This document shows, one piece after another, positions 26,791 to 38,725 of a DNA stretch of 64,000 nucleotides. The notes under the pieces were generated by a model. The model had not been told where the DNA came from and did not search any database. It saw nothing but the letters and a program-made list of their open reading frames with translations. Location of the stretch: contig NC_042998.1 of the NCBI RefSeq assembly GCF_006345805.1, positions 161,324,001 through 161,388,000 of the forward strand, read 5' to 3'. The DNA comes from Octopus sinensis (Eukaryota). Within the stretch, counting starts at the first letter, position 1. The number at the start of each line of letters is the position of its first letter. A program made the translations under genes and the position numbers.

Positions 26791-27144
26791 GTTTAGTCTG
26801 AGATATATTAAGCCTGAGAAAACGATATGGAATGATTGAGGCAGGTATGCAGTTAATCATAACTTTGCTACATATGGGATAACTTATAACTAAACAAAAA
26901 TAACATCTTCTCAGTAGAATGATAACAATAAAGTCACTTATTCAACAACAGCACAAAAATACAATCCCTACACATATCAGAAGAAGCTTGTACTACAAGC
27001 TCTCTATGAATGAACAGTATATAGCAAAAGATCTTAAGTGGTCTCAGTCTTTGATGGTTTTTTTGATGATTTTTCAATACATTTACATATTGAGTACAAT
27101 ACATTTACATAAGAGTACTCAAATACCAGAGGTAGAGTAATATG

Positions 27145-27246
27145 CTTTATTTAAAAGCACCAGAAATACAACAAAACTGTCCGACGAACGGGAACGTGAA
27201 ACTCTGAGTAACAGCTTTTGTTATATTTCTGCTACTTTTAAATAAA

Positions 27247-27247
<1 letters not shown>
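27145..27247 (+). ncRNA. Minimal type I hammerhead ribozyme motif (U4-to-C core variant) closed by a long stem I
   Basis: ctgt-CCGACGA(27181-87)-acg ggaa cgt-GAAA(27198-201)-ctc t gag-TA-acag; arms 27145-27180 and 27211-27247 pair at about 33/37 positions. Confidence 0.7.
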
Positions 27248-27279
<32 letters not shown>

Positions 27280-27283
<4 letters not shown>

Positions 27284-27490
27284 ATCCAAACATGAAAACA
27301 CAAAGAGAAAACACAACAATGTGAGGACGTGGAACAAGTATAGTGTTATTGGACACTCAGGAAAGGAAAGAAAGAAGGAGGATTTACCATTTCAACCTGA
27401 GCTCTTCGTCAGAAACATAGATAAAGAAAAGGTCCAAGGAAGGGAAGACAGAGAAAGAAAATCGCCAACGATACACACGCGGTCACACAC
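27280..27490 (-). mobile_element. Short Penelope-like element family P1 with decayed hammerhead motif
   Basis: Homologous to 38520-38725; minus strand gtttCTGACGAagagctcaggttGAAAtggtaaatc at 27381-27416; flanked by (TA)n. Confidence 0.65.
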
Positions 27491-27498
27491 ACATACAC

Positions 27499-27529
<31 letters not shown>

Positions 27530-28097
27530 TATATATGTATATATTTATGTGCATCAGTTTCCCTCGTTCTCTACCCATCTCTTTATACACACACACAAAC
27601 ACACACTCGTGTGTATTCCTTTATTCCTTTATCTTATTCTCCTTCACCCAATCTGAAAATCATGCATACTAAAACTTTATCTATACTCCACTAGATTTAT
27701 TATTACTATTATTTATTACAATTTAAATACCTTTATCAATTGTTTACTTTATTGACATACTTAGAAGGTCTAAGAAGACATATTTAGAAGATTTAAAACA
27801 ATATTTAGTAGTTCTCCATCTAACTTTTCAGAATTTGAAGTGTCTGGTCCTTTGTATCCTGCAATGTCTCTTTAAAAGGTATTAATGCGAATTACACTTG
27901 TTAATTTGTTTAAATATCCATAAACACTAAAAAAATATCTCAGCTCAAGTGACTCTATAAATTTTATTGTCCATATTTTCCCTATTTTTATCTTTATTAC
28001 AATCAACATAATTATTATGCTGATGACATATTTCCCTAATACACTTCTAACAGTTCTCTCTCCAATGCTTACACATCTTTTATGTTTCAGCAATTCT

Positions 28098-28170
28098 CTT
28101 TATCTTTATTCTATCATTCTTCTTCTTCTTCTTCTTCTTCTTCTTCTTCTTCTCCCCCTCCCCCTCCCCC

Positions 28171-28202
<32 letters not shown>

Positions 28203-29530
28203 CTTCTCCTCCTACCTCCTCTTATTCTTCTCCCTCCTCTTATTCTTCTTCTCTTTTCTCTTCTCCTTCCCTCCTCCTCCTCTTCTTTTTCTCTTCTCTT
28301 CCTCCTCCTCCTCCTCCTCCTCATCTTCTTCTTATTCCTCTCCTCCTCCTCCTCCTCTTCTTCTTTTCTTCTCTTCTTCCTTCCTCCTCCCCTCCTCCCC
28401 TCCTCCTCATCCTCCTCCTTCTTCTTCTTCCTCCTCCTCCTCCTTCTTCTTCTTCTCCTCATCCTCTTCTTTATTCCTCCGCCCGCTCATCCTCTCCTAT
28501 TCTTCTTCTTTCTCTCCTCCTCTTCTTCATTCTTCTTTATTCTTCTCTCCTCCTCCCTCCTATCTTCTTTTTCCTCTTCTTCTTCTTCTCTTCCTCCTCC
28601 TCCTCCTCCTCCTTCTTTTTCCTCTTCTTCTTCTTCTTCTTCCTCCTCCTCCTCATCCTTCCTCCTCTTCTTCTTCCTCCTCCTCTCATCCCCTCTTCTT
28701 CTTCTCTTCTTCCTCCTCCTCCTCCCCTCCTCTCCTCCTATTCTTCTTCTTCTTCTTCTTTCTTCCTACTCCTCCACCCTCCGCCCTCTTTTTTTCTCTT
28801 CTCTTCTCTTTTCTTCCCCCTCCTCCTCCTCCTCCTCCTCTTCTCTCTTTTCTTTTCTCTTCTTCTTCCTCCTCCTCCTCCTCTTCTTCCTCCTCCTCCC
28901 TCTTTTCTTTTTTCTTATTCTTCTTCTTCTTTTCTTCCTCCTCCTCCTCTCTTCTCTTCTCTTCTTCTTTCTTTTTTTCTTCTTCTTCCTCATCCTCCTC
29001 CTCTCTGTCTTCTTCCTCCTCCTTCTCTTTTTTATTCTTCCTTCCCTTCCTTCTTCTTTTCTTCTCCTTCCTCCTCCTCCTCTTTTCTTCTCCCTCCTCC
29101 TCCTCCTCCTCCTCATCTTCTTCTTCTTCTTCTTTCTCTTTTCCTCTCCTCCTCTCTCCTCCCCTACTTCTTCTTCTTCTCTCTTCTCTTTCCCCTCCTC
29201 CTCTCCCCCTCCTCTTCTTCTTCTTCTTCTTCTTCTTCTTCCTCCTTCCTCCGCTCATTCTTCTTCTTCTCTTCTTCTTCTCCTCCTCTCTCCCCTCCTC
29301 TTCCTCTCCTCCCCTATCTTTCTTCCTCCCCACCTCCTCTTCTGCTTTTCTCCTCCCCCACCTCCTCTTCTTATTCTTCCCTCCCCACCTCCTCTTCTTC
29401 TTCCTCCCCTCCTCCCCTTCTTCTTCTTCTTCTTCTTTCTCCTCCTCTTCTTCTTCCTCCTCCTCCTCCTCCTCCCCTTCTTCTTCTTCTTCTTCTTCTT
29501 CTTCTTCTTCTTCTTCTTCTTCCTGTATTC
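28098..29530. repeat. 1.4-kb polypyrimidine (CTT/CCT) low-complexity tract
   Basis: Plus strand almost only C and T with rare A and only a handful of G. Confidence 0.97.
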
Positions 29531-29993
29531 CTCTATTTCTCTCTTTGTAATGTTCAAATAAATCCATTGGATTTGAAACATTGACAGAAAAAAAATCCTC
29601 ATATAAGACATTGCTTCTTCCCCACTTTTTCTCCTTCTGTCACATCCCTTTTTCTTTCTCCTTTACTTTCTCTTTTTCTTTGTTCTTCTTCTGGGATGCT
29701 CTTTCAAAAAATTTTCTCGTAGATAAATTTTATTGCTATTTGTTGTTTTAAGCAACCCTGTGCTATATTCATTTGATAAGATCATAGAATAAAGCACACT
29801 GCAGATTGTCATAGGATACATAATAAATAAATAATATTAATTCTTGAATACATTTATGGTCTTAAGTGCTTTCACATTTTGGAGAATGGCTACAAGTGAT
29901 TCCACAAGTCCTTCATATATGTGTGTGTGTGTTAAAATACTGAGAAAAGGTTGAAAATGTGTAAACATTTTCTTTTATATATGTATATATATA

Positions 29994-30046
<53 letters not shown>

Positions 30047-30145
30047 ATAGAGTAATTATAGATATAAGCAGAGAAGAGTTTTATTCTGTGTGTTTATATT
30101 CTTTCTTTTATTCTTTTATTTTTTATTTGTTTCAGTCATTTGACT

Positions 30146-31768
30146 GTCTCTCTTCTCTGTCCTTCTATTCTTTTTTTGTGTGTTTATTATTTGAATTTTT
30201 GAACTTTTGTGTTGAAAATTTTACATTTTATCATATTTTTGTCAATATGGCAACAAAAAATACTGTTTTGGAATGGCAAATAGTGACCCCCAAACAGTGG
30301 TTGCAAAATTTTTCTGAGAGAATGGTGGTGTTAAGTATCTATTCTAAGGTTCTTGACACCATCACTGTATTCTCACATACTGATATTGAAAAAGAGTTGC
30401 CAGAGTACCTGCCAACGACTAAGTTTATCCAAAGGGGTGTTAAATATGCGACTGTGTGTGTTGTTTGACAAACCCGCTGAGGCTCAGGATTTCGCAAGTT
30501 GACCTTTGGAAGGGAAGAAAATTTTGTTTCTCCCCACTTATGAAGGGAGGAGACTGACAAGAGCTTGGGTGTATGGGCTGCCACCTGGTATAGAGCCTGA
30601 ATGGATAGAAGGTACTACCCATGGGGGTCTGGTTGGCAGCACTGCCAAGCCCTTGAATGTCAGAATTCTTCTTGCGGCTGATTTGGTGGAGTCAAACGCA
30701 ATTTTGACCCTATGGACCCAATCAGCCAATGATATGGTTTTGCCAGATTTTCTAACAAGGTACCTGGTGATTCTTGAGGGACACCCTCCCCAAGTGTCAC
30801 CTGTGCCTGGAATTGGGCCACATAAAGAAAAACTGTTACCGGGACCAAGCAAAGGTCCTGGAACAGTTAATAGAAGAGCCCCCTGGTCCCCCATTGGAGG
30901 GGGAGGGAGAGAGGGAGGAAGTCGAGGGGGAGGCAACCCCATCAAAAAAGAAAGGGAGAAAAAGAAAGAAGGTGGGCAACAATGGTTGCCCATCAATGGA
31001 TCCTGAGGTGGCAGGAGGAATGGAAGGACTTCCAGACAAGATGGAGGAGCTCCACCCTTCCGTTGTAAAGGAAAAGCAGAAATGAAAAAGGAAGAATGGG
31101 ACATTGCTGGCAGTTGATGGTGAACTGCTGGCATGCTCGGAAACTTTGTCAGTGGGATGTGTGCTACTGACAGAGGAAACAGCAGCCTCTCCCAGAAGGA
31201 TGAAAGATGACTTTTTTTATTCTCTTCCAGAAGGGAGGGGTAGTAAAGAGCTTCATAGAGAAGCTGGATGACCGGAGAGAGGAGCCCATGCCCTGGAAAG
31301 TGGATGAGGATTGGCCTTCACAGGTGACTACGAAGGTCATATTGGATGTCGGTATGTTCAGGGTGATGGACGTTTTCTCGAAGGACATGTTCAGATTTGA
31401 ATTCTAGAGCCCCACCCTGGGCCTGGAGTAGTGCCTAAGGGTAGCGTACAGCCTGGTCGGGAGGAGGATGATTGAACTTTATGTATAATATTTATATATA
31501 TTATATATAATTATTGAACTATGTTGTTGCTTGGACTGTTAAGTCCCAAAATTGAAAAAGTTGTAAAAGTTGTAAGAGGTTTAATACATCGTTTTGTGCT
31601 TGGTTTTAAAGAGCAATGTTTTAGAGAAGCAAAAGTCGGTGGGCACTTTTTGTCTTCTCCCATCCTTATCATCTTTGCTTTGTTATCATTTATTTCATTA
31701 ATGTCCTTGTCCAGCCTGCAAAGCTACTACTCTATGTACTGTCTTTATGGCAAATATAATAAAATAAA
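30146..31768 (+). mobile_element. L1/Tx1-like element carrying only a degenerate ORF1
   Basis: T-rich leader, ATG at 30247, ORF1-like peptides in three frames, GC-richer body, ends in aataaaataaa at ~31757-31768; no RT or endonuclease motif found. Confidence 0.6.
30247..31085 (+). pseudogene. Frameshifted gag-like/ORF1 protein with CCHC zinc knuckle
   Basis: Joined reading MATKNTV...GVKYATVCV/FDKPAEAQDFAS*PLEGKKILFLPTYEGRRLTRAWVYGLPPGIEPEWI...LVILEG/PKCHLCLELGHIKKNC (CX2CX4HX4C at 30795-30836), then acidic/basic tail; two frameshifts and a probable CGA-to-TGA stop. Confidence 0.85.
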
Positions 31769-32146
31769 GTAGCTTGCCTACCAACCACATAGCTCCGGGT
31801 TCAATCCCACTACATGGCACCTTGGGCAAGTGTCTTCTACTATAGCCTCGGGCCATCCAAAGCCTTGTGAGTGGATTTGGTACACAGAAACTGAAAGAAT
31901 CCCGTCGTATATATGTATATGTATATATATGTGTGTGTGTTTCTGTGTCTGTGTTTGTCCCCCCAACTTGACAACCGATGCTGGTGTGTTTACATCCCTG
32001 TAACTTTGCGGTACGGCAAAAGAGACCAATAGAATAAGTACTTGGCTTACAAAGAATAAGTCCTGGGGTCGAATTCCTCGACTAAAGATGGTGCTCCAGC
32101 ATGGCTGCAGTCAAATGACTGAAACAAGTCAAAGAGTAAAAGAGCT
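31769..32146 (+). mobile_element. SINE family A (first ~15 nt of head missing)
   Basis: gtagcttgcctaccaaccacatagctccgggttc...ggtgctccagcatggctgcagtcaaatgactgaaacaag. Confidence 0.92.
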
Positions 32147-32574
32147 CTTTCGGTTGTATAATAACAAGCAAAGCAGCTAGTTCTAAAATTTCTATAAGAG
32201 ATATAATTATTAACAATTCTGAAAAGTTATGTTGGTTGCCACTTCAACATTGCTGTTCCGTATGGACCTATGTTACTATTATGTTTTAACCCCAGGAGAA
32301 CATCTTCTCCAGCTGGTTAATGACACAACCTGTGTCTGATATATTGCAAGCAGGGGAGTGAACCTTCTACCATTTCTAGCAATTTGACAGGACCAGTAGA
32401 CCAGCCTAGTTTTGGGTCACTTAAGCCCATCCACAGTACTAGACACCTGTCTGCTAGAGAAGGCAGTTGTTCACTCTATTGAACACTGGTCAGGCAGCTG
32501 GGATCTAATTAATGTGATGTAAAAACAGTAACATCTGGCAACTTGGTGGTTTGATATGCTAAGACAAGGAATAA

Positions 32575-32720
32575 AGCTCCCTACTTGATTACAAGTAAGG
32601 ATTGACGTAAGAAAAGGCATCTGTCAATAGTATTCAATAATCCATGACAAGATGAAAAAGTGGATATCAAAATAATGATGATATTCTTGATGATGATGAT
32701 AATGATAGTGATGATGGTGT
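32575..32720 (+). mobile_element. Short element with RTE-type tail
   Basis: aaggcatctg...tccatgacaagatgaaaaagtggatatcaaaataatgatgat. Confidence 0.5.
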
Positions 32721-33810
32721 TAAATATATGTATTTATGCTTATATATATGTATATGATATATATAAATATACATACACAAATACATATGCGTGTGTGTAT
32801 TTATATATATATATATATATACATGCACACACATATTTATATATATGCATACATTGCATACATATATACATGCAAATATATATATATTTATATATGTGAT
32901 TACTCACACACACATACGCATATTTAAATATATGTGTGTGTGTGTAAGCAACATGATATAGTCTAGTTTAGATCTCACCACTTAGAGCATATTAAGTATT
33001 AAACTCTTTCTTTCTTACTGTCTGTCTGTCATCTCTCTCCCTCTCTCCCTCTCTTTCCACCTCTCTCTTACCCTCTCTCTGAATTCAATACTTTCTCTAA
33101 CATCGTTGACTACAAAAGGATTCTTCAATCTAAATAAATAATTCATATCTTTATTGCACAAAACCAACCTTATATAGTTTTCTCACTTACTTTCATCTGA
33201 TTATTTTTTTCATTGTTATCTTTTGGGGCTTGATTTTTATTTTTTATTATTTTATTTATTTATTTATTTTTGGCTTTGTTTTATTCAGTCTTAAAGTCTA
33301 CCAAAGTGAACGCCTTGCAATAGGGGTTCATTTTTTGAAATGTATTGTCAGAAATCAATTCTTCAATCACACTGGAATGATTAAAAGAAGAAAAAAAAAA
33401 AATAGTATCAAAAAGAATAATAAAACAGAAGATAAGAAAAGAAAAAAACTGTTCAATATTCCTGTCATTTTATCAATAAGAAGGTTTCTGCAATATAAAC
33501 TTAGAGAATAAACAAAGAATGTTAGAAAAATTAAAATAAAATATAAACATAAAGACCAATAAATAAATAAATAATAATAACAATAATGCTAAACTCAACC
33601 CTATCACACACCTCCCCACCAAAAAAATCTCACAACAACACATCAAAAATAAAATGGAAGAGATAAAAATAAATGAAAAAAAGAATTGAGTAAAAATTAG
33701 AGACACAATCTAATTTTCCAAATTGCTTATTCTAACAGAGTTAAGCAGTGTGATTAAGTGACAAATGTCACTTGGATTGATATCAAGTTCAACATGGCTT
33801 GCTCTGCCAT

Positions 33811-34055
33811 CCCACATACATACATACATACATACATACATACATACATACATACATACATACATACATACATACATACATACATACTCTACACACAAGC
33901 ACATGCATGTATATGTATGTGTGTGTATGTGTATGCATATGTATATGTGTATACAAATTTGTATATATACATATCTATCTATCTATATATACATTATATG
34001 CATACATATATATGCTTATATATGTATATATATACATATACATGCATATATATAT

Positions 34056-34132
<77 letters not shown>

Positions 34133-34335
34133 AGTACACCTGTTTATATATTGTTGATTTATTTTGTTATTTAAACCTTTATATTTGTGCATAATATTTA
34201 TACATTCATTTACTTCTTTTCTTCTCCTTCTCCTCCTTCTCCTTCTCCTCCTTCTTCTTCTCCTTCTCCTTCTTCTTCTTCTCCTTCTTCTTCTTCTCTT
34301 CTTCTTCTTCTTCTTCTTCTTCTTCTTCTTCTTCT
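33811..34335. repeat. (TACA)n, (TA)n and (CTT/CCT)n microsatellites
   Basis: Directly visible. Confidence 0.95.
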
Positions 34336-34389
34336 AATCCTGAACCAGTGTATCTCACTGTCGGCTGCTGTCAGAACGCACCAACTGGG

Positions 34390-34480
34390 ATTTTTCTGTC
34401 ACCTTTGATGTTGTTATTATAGCTGCTGCTTACTGTTGCTGCTTCTTGATGTGGTTAATAATACTCCTACAATTGTTGCT

Positions 34481-34511
<31 letters not shown>

Positions 34512-34870
34512 TTGTCACCTTTCTTACTGTTGTTGTCAACTTATAATAATAAAAAGGTCTACTCATAGCTAGTGCTTGCTTGTGTTGCTGTTGTTGTTGC
34601 TTTTAACATTGCTTCTCTTGTCATTGTTGTTGATGATAGTGTTTCGGTGGTGGTGGTGGTGGTGGTGGTGGTTGAAACTAGTAAGCAACAACGACTACAA
34701 CAACAATGAGAACAACAACAAGAACCACAGTAATACAGACATTAAGCAATAGTTGAACATCAACAATAATGGTATTAAAAACAGCTGCAGCTGTTGCCAC
34801 ATCCCAAACTGGAACAACAACAACAACAACAACAACAACAGCAACAACAACAGCAGCAACAACAACATAT
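34390..34870. repeat. Degenerate (GTT)n/(GGT)n followed by (CAA)n trinucleotide tracts
   Basis: Directly visible; the (GTT)n and (AAC)n halves are complementary. Confidence 0.85.
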
Positions 34871-34959
34871 CAGAAATGACAATGCATTAATAAACAATAG
34901 AGAAGAACAATCTTAGCAATTATAAATATTAATTGAATCAGTGGAAAAAAAAAAGTATG

Positions 34960-35160
34960 ACATCACCATCATCCCTATCATCCTCTGCATCGTTGATATT
35001 GTCCCCCTCCTCCACTCACTGCACCGTTTCCTCCATTTACTTTTCATCCTCATCATCATCGTTGTCGTAGTTGTCGTCTTCTTACAGTCTGCTTTTCCTG
35101 AACAGGCATGTGTTGGACAAAAGTTTTTGAAGGCTGGATACCTTCCCTGATGCCAACCCT
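34960..35160 (-). mobile_element. RTE-tailed repeat fragment, decayed
   Basis: Minus strand gggttggcatcagggaaggtatccagcc...aacacatgcc followed by (GAT/GAC)-like tail. Confidence 0.5.
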
Positions 35161-35324
35161 TAATATTTTGTAAAGAATACTTTATCCCACATCTTTGCTC
35201 ATTGGATTGCCAAGTGGCTCCATATCTTTTTTATGGGGGACATAGATAATGTCACAGTTGCTCACAGTAACACACAGTTATGAATGTACACACAAACAGA
35301 GGCACACACATGCATATATATATA

Positions 35325-36432
35325 ATAATAATAATGAAATTATTGTATACAGTGCTCAGGTGTACCACAACTTGTCAGAAAGTGCGTATAGAGTATATGC
35401 AGTAATGTATAAATGTCTGGAAAGCGAATAATGTATGAGTCAGAAACATGCTTGTGTGTGTATGGAGGGGAGAAAATCAGGTGTAGTGTTGGCGAATCTC
35501 AGGAAGCATGGAAGTTTTGAAGAATGCAGTGCTCCGACAACTATCAACTGATGCCGGCAGTTTGTTCCATGCTTCAGCAACTCTCAGCGAGAAAAAATGT
35601 TTCCTAAAGTCATGGGAGCTGTGCTGTTTTCTGACTTTGTAGATATGTCCTCGGGTGTTAGATGGGTGGAGTTTGAAAAGGTGCTCAGAGTTATTGTTTG
35701 TACGATGGTTGATAATTTTATGGGTGTCTGCCAAGTCAGCTGCCAGACGTCGGAGTTTCAATGTGTCCATGCTCAGAGAAGTAAGGCGTTCAGAATATGG
35801 CAAATGCCTGATGGAGGGTATTCTTTTGGTTGCACGTCCTGAACGGCTTCCAGACAATTGATATCCTGGGCAAGATAGGGGTTCCAGACTGGTGATGCAA
35901 ATTCCAGGTGAGGTCTTACCATAGCTATATAAAGCCGCAGATAGATAGTTGGAGAGCAGCTCACAAAGGATTTCGTGAGTGATGCCAAGACACCCTCAGC
36001 CTTCTTGACAATTTTAGTGATGTGTTTTGTCCAATGCAAATCACTGTCGACAATAACACCCAGGTCATGTTCACATGAAGACTTTTTGAGATTAGTGCTG
36101 TGGAGGGAGTAGGTGAACGCTAGGTTTCTCCTCCCAAAATGCATGGTGGTACATTTGTCCACAGCCAGCTTGAGTTGCTAGTCCATGATCCACTGCTGCA
36201 TTGTGTCCAGGTCTGCTTGCAATAGAGATCTATAGTGTACAGTATCTGACCTCTTTATTTCGAGGTACAGCTTGGTGTCATCTGCATATTTCAGCACTGT
36301 GGCATTCTTTAAGTTGGCATCTATGTCATTAACATATGCAACAAATAAAAGGGGGCCAAGAACAGATCCCTGTGGTACACCAGATGTCATCTCATAGGGT
36401 GAAGAGTGCTGTCCTAGAACTGTGACAACCTC
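35325..36432 (-). mobile_element. CR1/L2-type LINE, 5'-truncated RT pseudogene
   Basis: SGVPQGSVLGPLLF..Y.ND...KYADDTKLY; DLGVIVDSDL; VRPHLEFASPVWNPY; LKLRRL..DL; TRGH.YK; FFSLRV.EAWNKLP; one stop and one frameshift; (ATT)n tail. Confidence 0.95.
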
Positions 36433-36554
36433 ATTTATGCTGGCACATACATATATCATCATCATCAACATCATCACAGTCGGCTCATTGCAAGCATTGG
36501 AAAGTACGTTATTCACTATATATGTGTGTGTGGTATACATATATATATATATAA

Positions 36555-36935
36555 TATGTTTTTCCACACACGCCAGCTTAATTTAATTTGTCATTACTCG
36601 AAAGACACCTGTTGTTATGGCCTGTTATTATTTTTATTGTATTTGTGTAACATTGTCCATTTTTTACTGTCCTTATTTTTGTATACATTTGCTGCTTTCT
36701 TCCAAGGAATCTAATGCTCGAAGCTTAGTTTTTCCTTGGGGCTGGCCAGATTGGAGCAATCTTGAGTATAATCAGCCGAAATTGTGAAGATAATCTGGTA
36801 CTTGACTGAGGAAAGAAAACTTCGAATGACCTGTCCTTGGTTTCTTTGTATCGTCTATCTGGTTGTTTTGTTGTCTCATTTTTGTATCACCTAACTGTCC
36901 AGATGTTTTGCGTTCTTGTCCCATTTTGTATTTAT
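36555..36935 (+). mobile_element. Short structured repeat, probably Penelope-like (P4)
   Basis: T-rich LTR-like composition between (TA)n and (CA)n; inverted pairs ccaaggaa/ttccttgg and ccagatt/aatctgg. Confidence 0.4.
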
Positions 36936-37391
36936 ACATACAAACACATACACACACACAACACACACACACACACACACACAAGACTTAAGGAATGGAG
37001 TTGATAATATCCATGCTGCATCTGTTTCATTGTGAGCAGAACCATAGCAGTGGTAAATATTCAACTGAGGTGTATACCACAGGCTACTCTTCAGGCCTGT
37101 GGTATATACCTCGCTTGGATATTTACCACTTCCAAGGTTCTGCTCGTTATGAAAGATATGTAACCTGGATATTATCTACTCCATTCTTTAACTCTTTGAT
37201 TTTTTTTGGCATACTTAGCAACCCTGGCTGCCTACTGTGAAATATAAAGTAATTGTTTTCAGCTTATAGTTCGATACAAAAAAATGTACAACCTTCCACC
37301 TCAATAAACCACTATATTTTCTACATATTGCTTGTAGCTCAAGTTCTTCCTACACCTTGATCCTTGGATCTTACATTTACATATATATATA

Positions 37392-37800
37392 TACATCATC
37401 ATCATCATCATCATCATTTAACGTCCATTGTCCATGCTGGCATAGTCTGGCTGGCTTGACTGAGCTGGCACACAGGAAGGCTCCCCCAGACTCCAGTCTG
37501 GTTTGATTTGTCTTTTTATAACTAGATGCCCTTCCTAAAGCACACCTCTCCAAGAGTGTAATGGGTGCTTTTCCGTGCCACCAGCATGGGTACCAATTTG
37601 CATGACACTGGTATCTGCCATGACTGCAATTTTGCTCAGCTTGATGGATCTTCTTCTCAAGCACAACATAATGTAAAAGGCCTTGGTCATTGCCTTCATG
37701 AGGCCCAACACTTGATATATAAACATACTCAGCCACTTTGCCTCCGTGTGGCTCAATGCTTCAGAGGAACTCAACCACTTTGCCTCTGTGAAGCTCCAAA
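37392..37800 (-). mobile_element. RTE 3' end fragment
   Basis: Minus strand LGLMKAMTK...YVVLEK, 3' UTR aaaagcacccattacactc, tail gccagcatggacaatggacgttaaatgatgatgat. Confidence 0.8.
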
Positions 37801-37827
37801 GGTCTCGGTTACCAGTCATTACCTCTC

Positions 37828-37859
<32 letters not shown>

Positions 37860-37861
<2 letters not shown>

Positions 37862-38355
37862 ATTTGGCAACAGGAAACGCAACCAACCATAGGAAAATGT
37901 GTTTCAACAAAATTATATCAGATACATGCAAGCTTAAAAAGTGGAGACCAAACTAATGATGATGACAACGACGATGACGACGACGACGACGATGATTATG
38001 ATGATATGATGATGATGATGAGAGATGTTCATGACGATGGACAATGATGATGATAAATTTATAATCCATCACAGCAGTGCTGACTGAGGATGAATACCAC
38101 CCAGATTCCTATCCCTTTTTAACTGCATGATACACGTATATATATATATATATATATATATATTCTTTTAATTCCACTTTTATGTTACAGTCATAAGACT
38201 GTGGCTATGCGGGGGCACCAACTTGAAGAATGTTTAGTCAAATAATTTGACCCCAGTACTTATATTTTTAAGCTTGGACTTATTCTATCAGTTCCTTTTG
38301 CTGAACTGCCAAGTTATGGATATATTAACAAACAAAAAAGGCACACACACACAAA
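37860..38355 (+). repeat. Direct duplication, copy 1 (copy 2 at 41099-41605)
   Basis: First ~135 nt identical; the rest differs mainly by single-base indels. Confidence 0.92.
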
Positions 38356-38414
38356 CAAGGGCGGTGCCCCAGCATGGCCTCAGCCGATGGCTGAAACAAG
38401 TAAAAGTAAAAGAG

Positions 38415-38471
<57 letters not shown>

Positions 38472-38519
38472 CTGTATGTATATATGTAGATTATTGGTAT
38501 GTATATATGTATATATGTA

Positions 38520-38725
38520 AAGTTAATCCAAACATGAAAACACAAAGAGAAAACACAACAACACGAGGACGTGGAACAAATATAGTATTATTGGATGCTC
38601 AGGAAGGAAGGGAAGAAGGGGGGGTTAATGTTTCGATCGGAGCTCTTTGTCAGAAACATAGGAAAAGGAAAGATCCAGAGAAGGGAAGACGGAGGAAAAA
38701 AAATCACCAACGGTACACACATGGT
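38520..38725 (-). mobile_element. Short Penelope-like element family P1, second copy
   Basis: gttaatccaaacatgaaaacacaaagagaaaacacaac shared with 27280; minus strand gtttCTGACAAagagctccgatcGAAAcattaacccc at 38621-38657. Confidence 0.65.

Noticed and set aside
28017-29611. ORFs of 514, 500 and 293 aa (poly-L/S/P/F and poly-E/K/R)
   Set aside because: The tract lacks the bases needed for stop codons on the plus strand; all frames are open and products are low-complexity.
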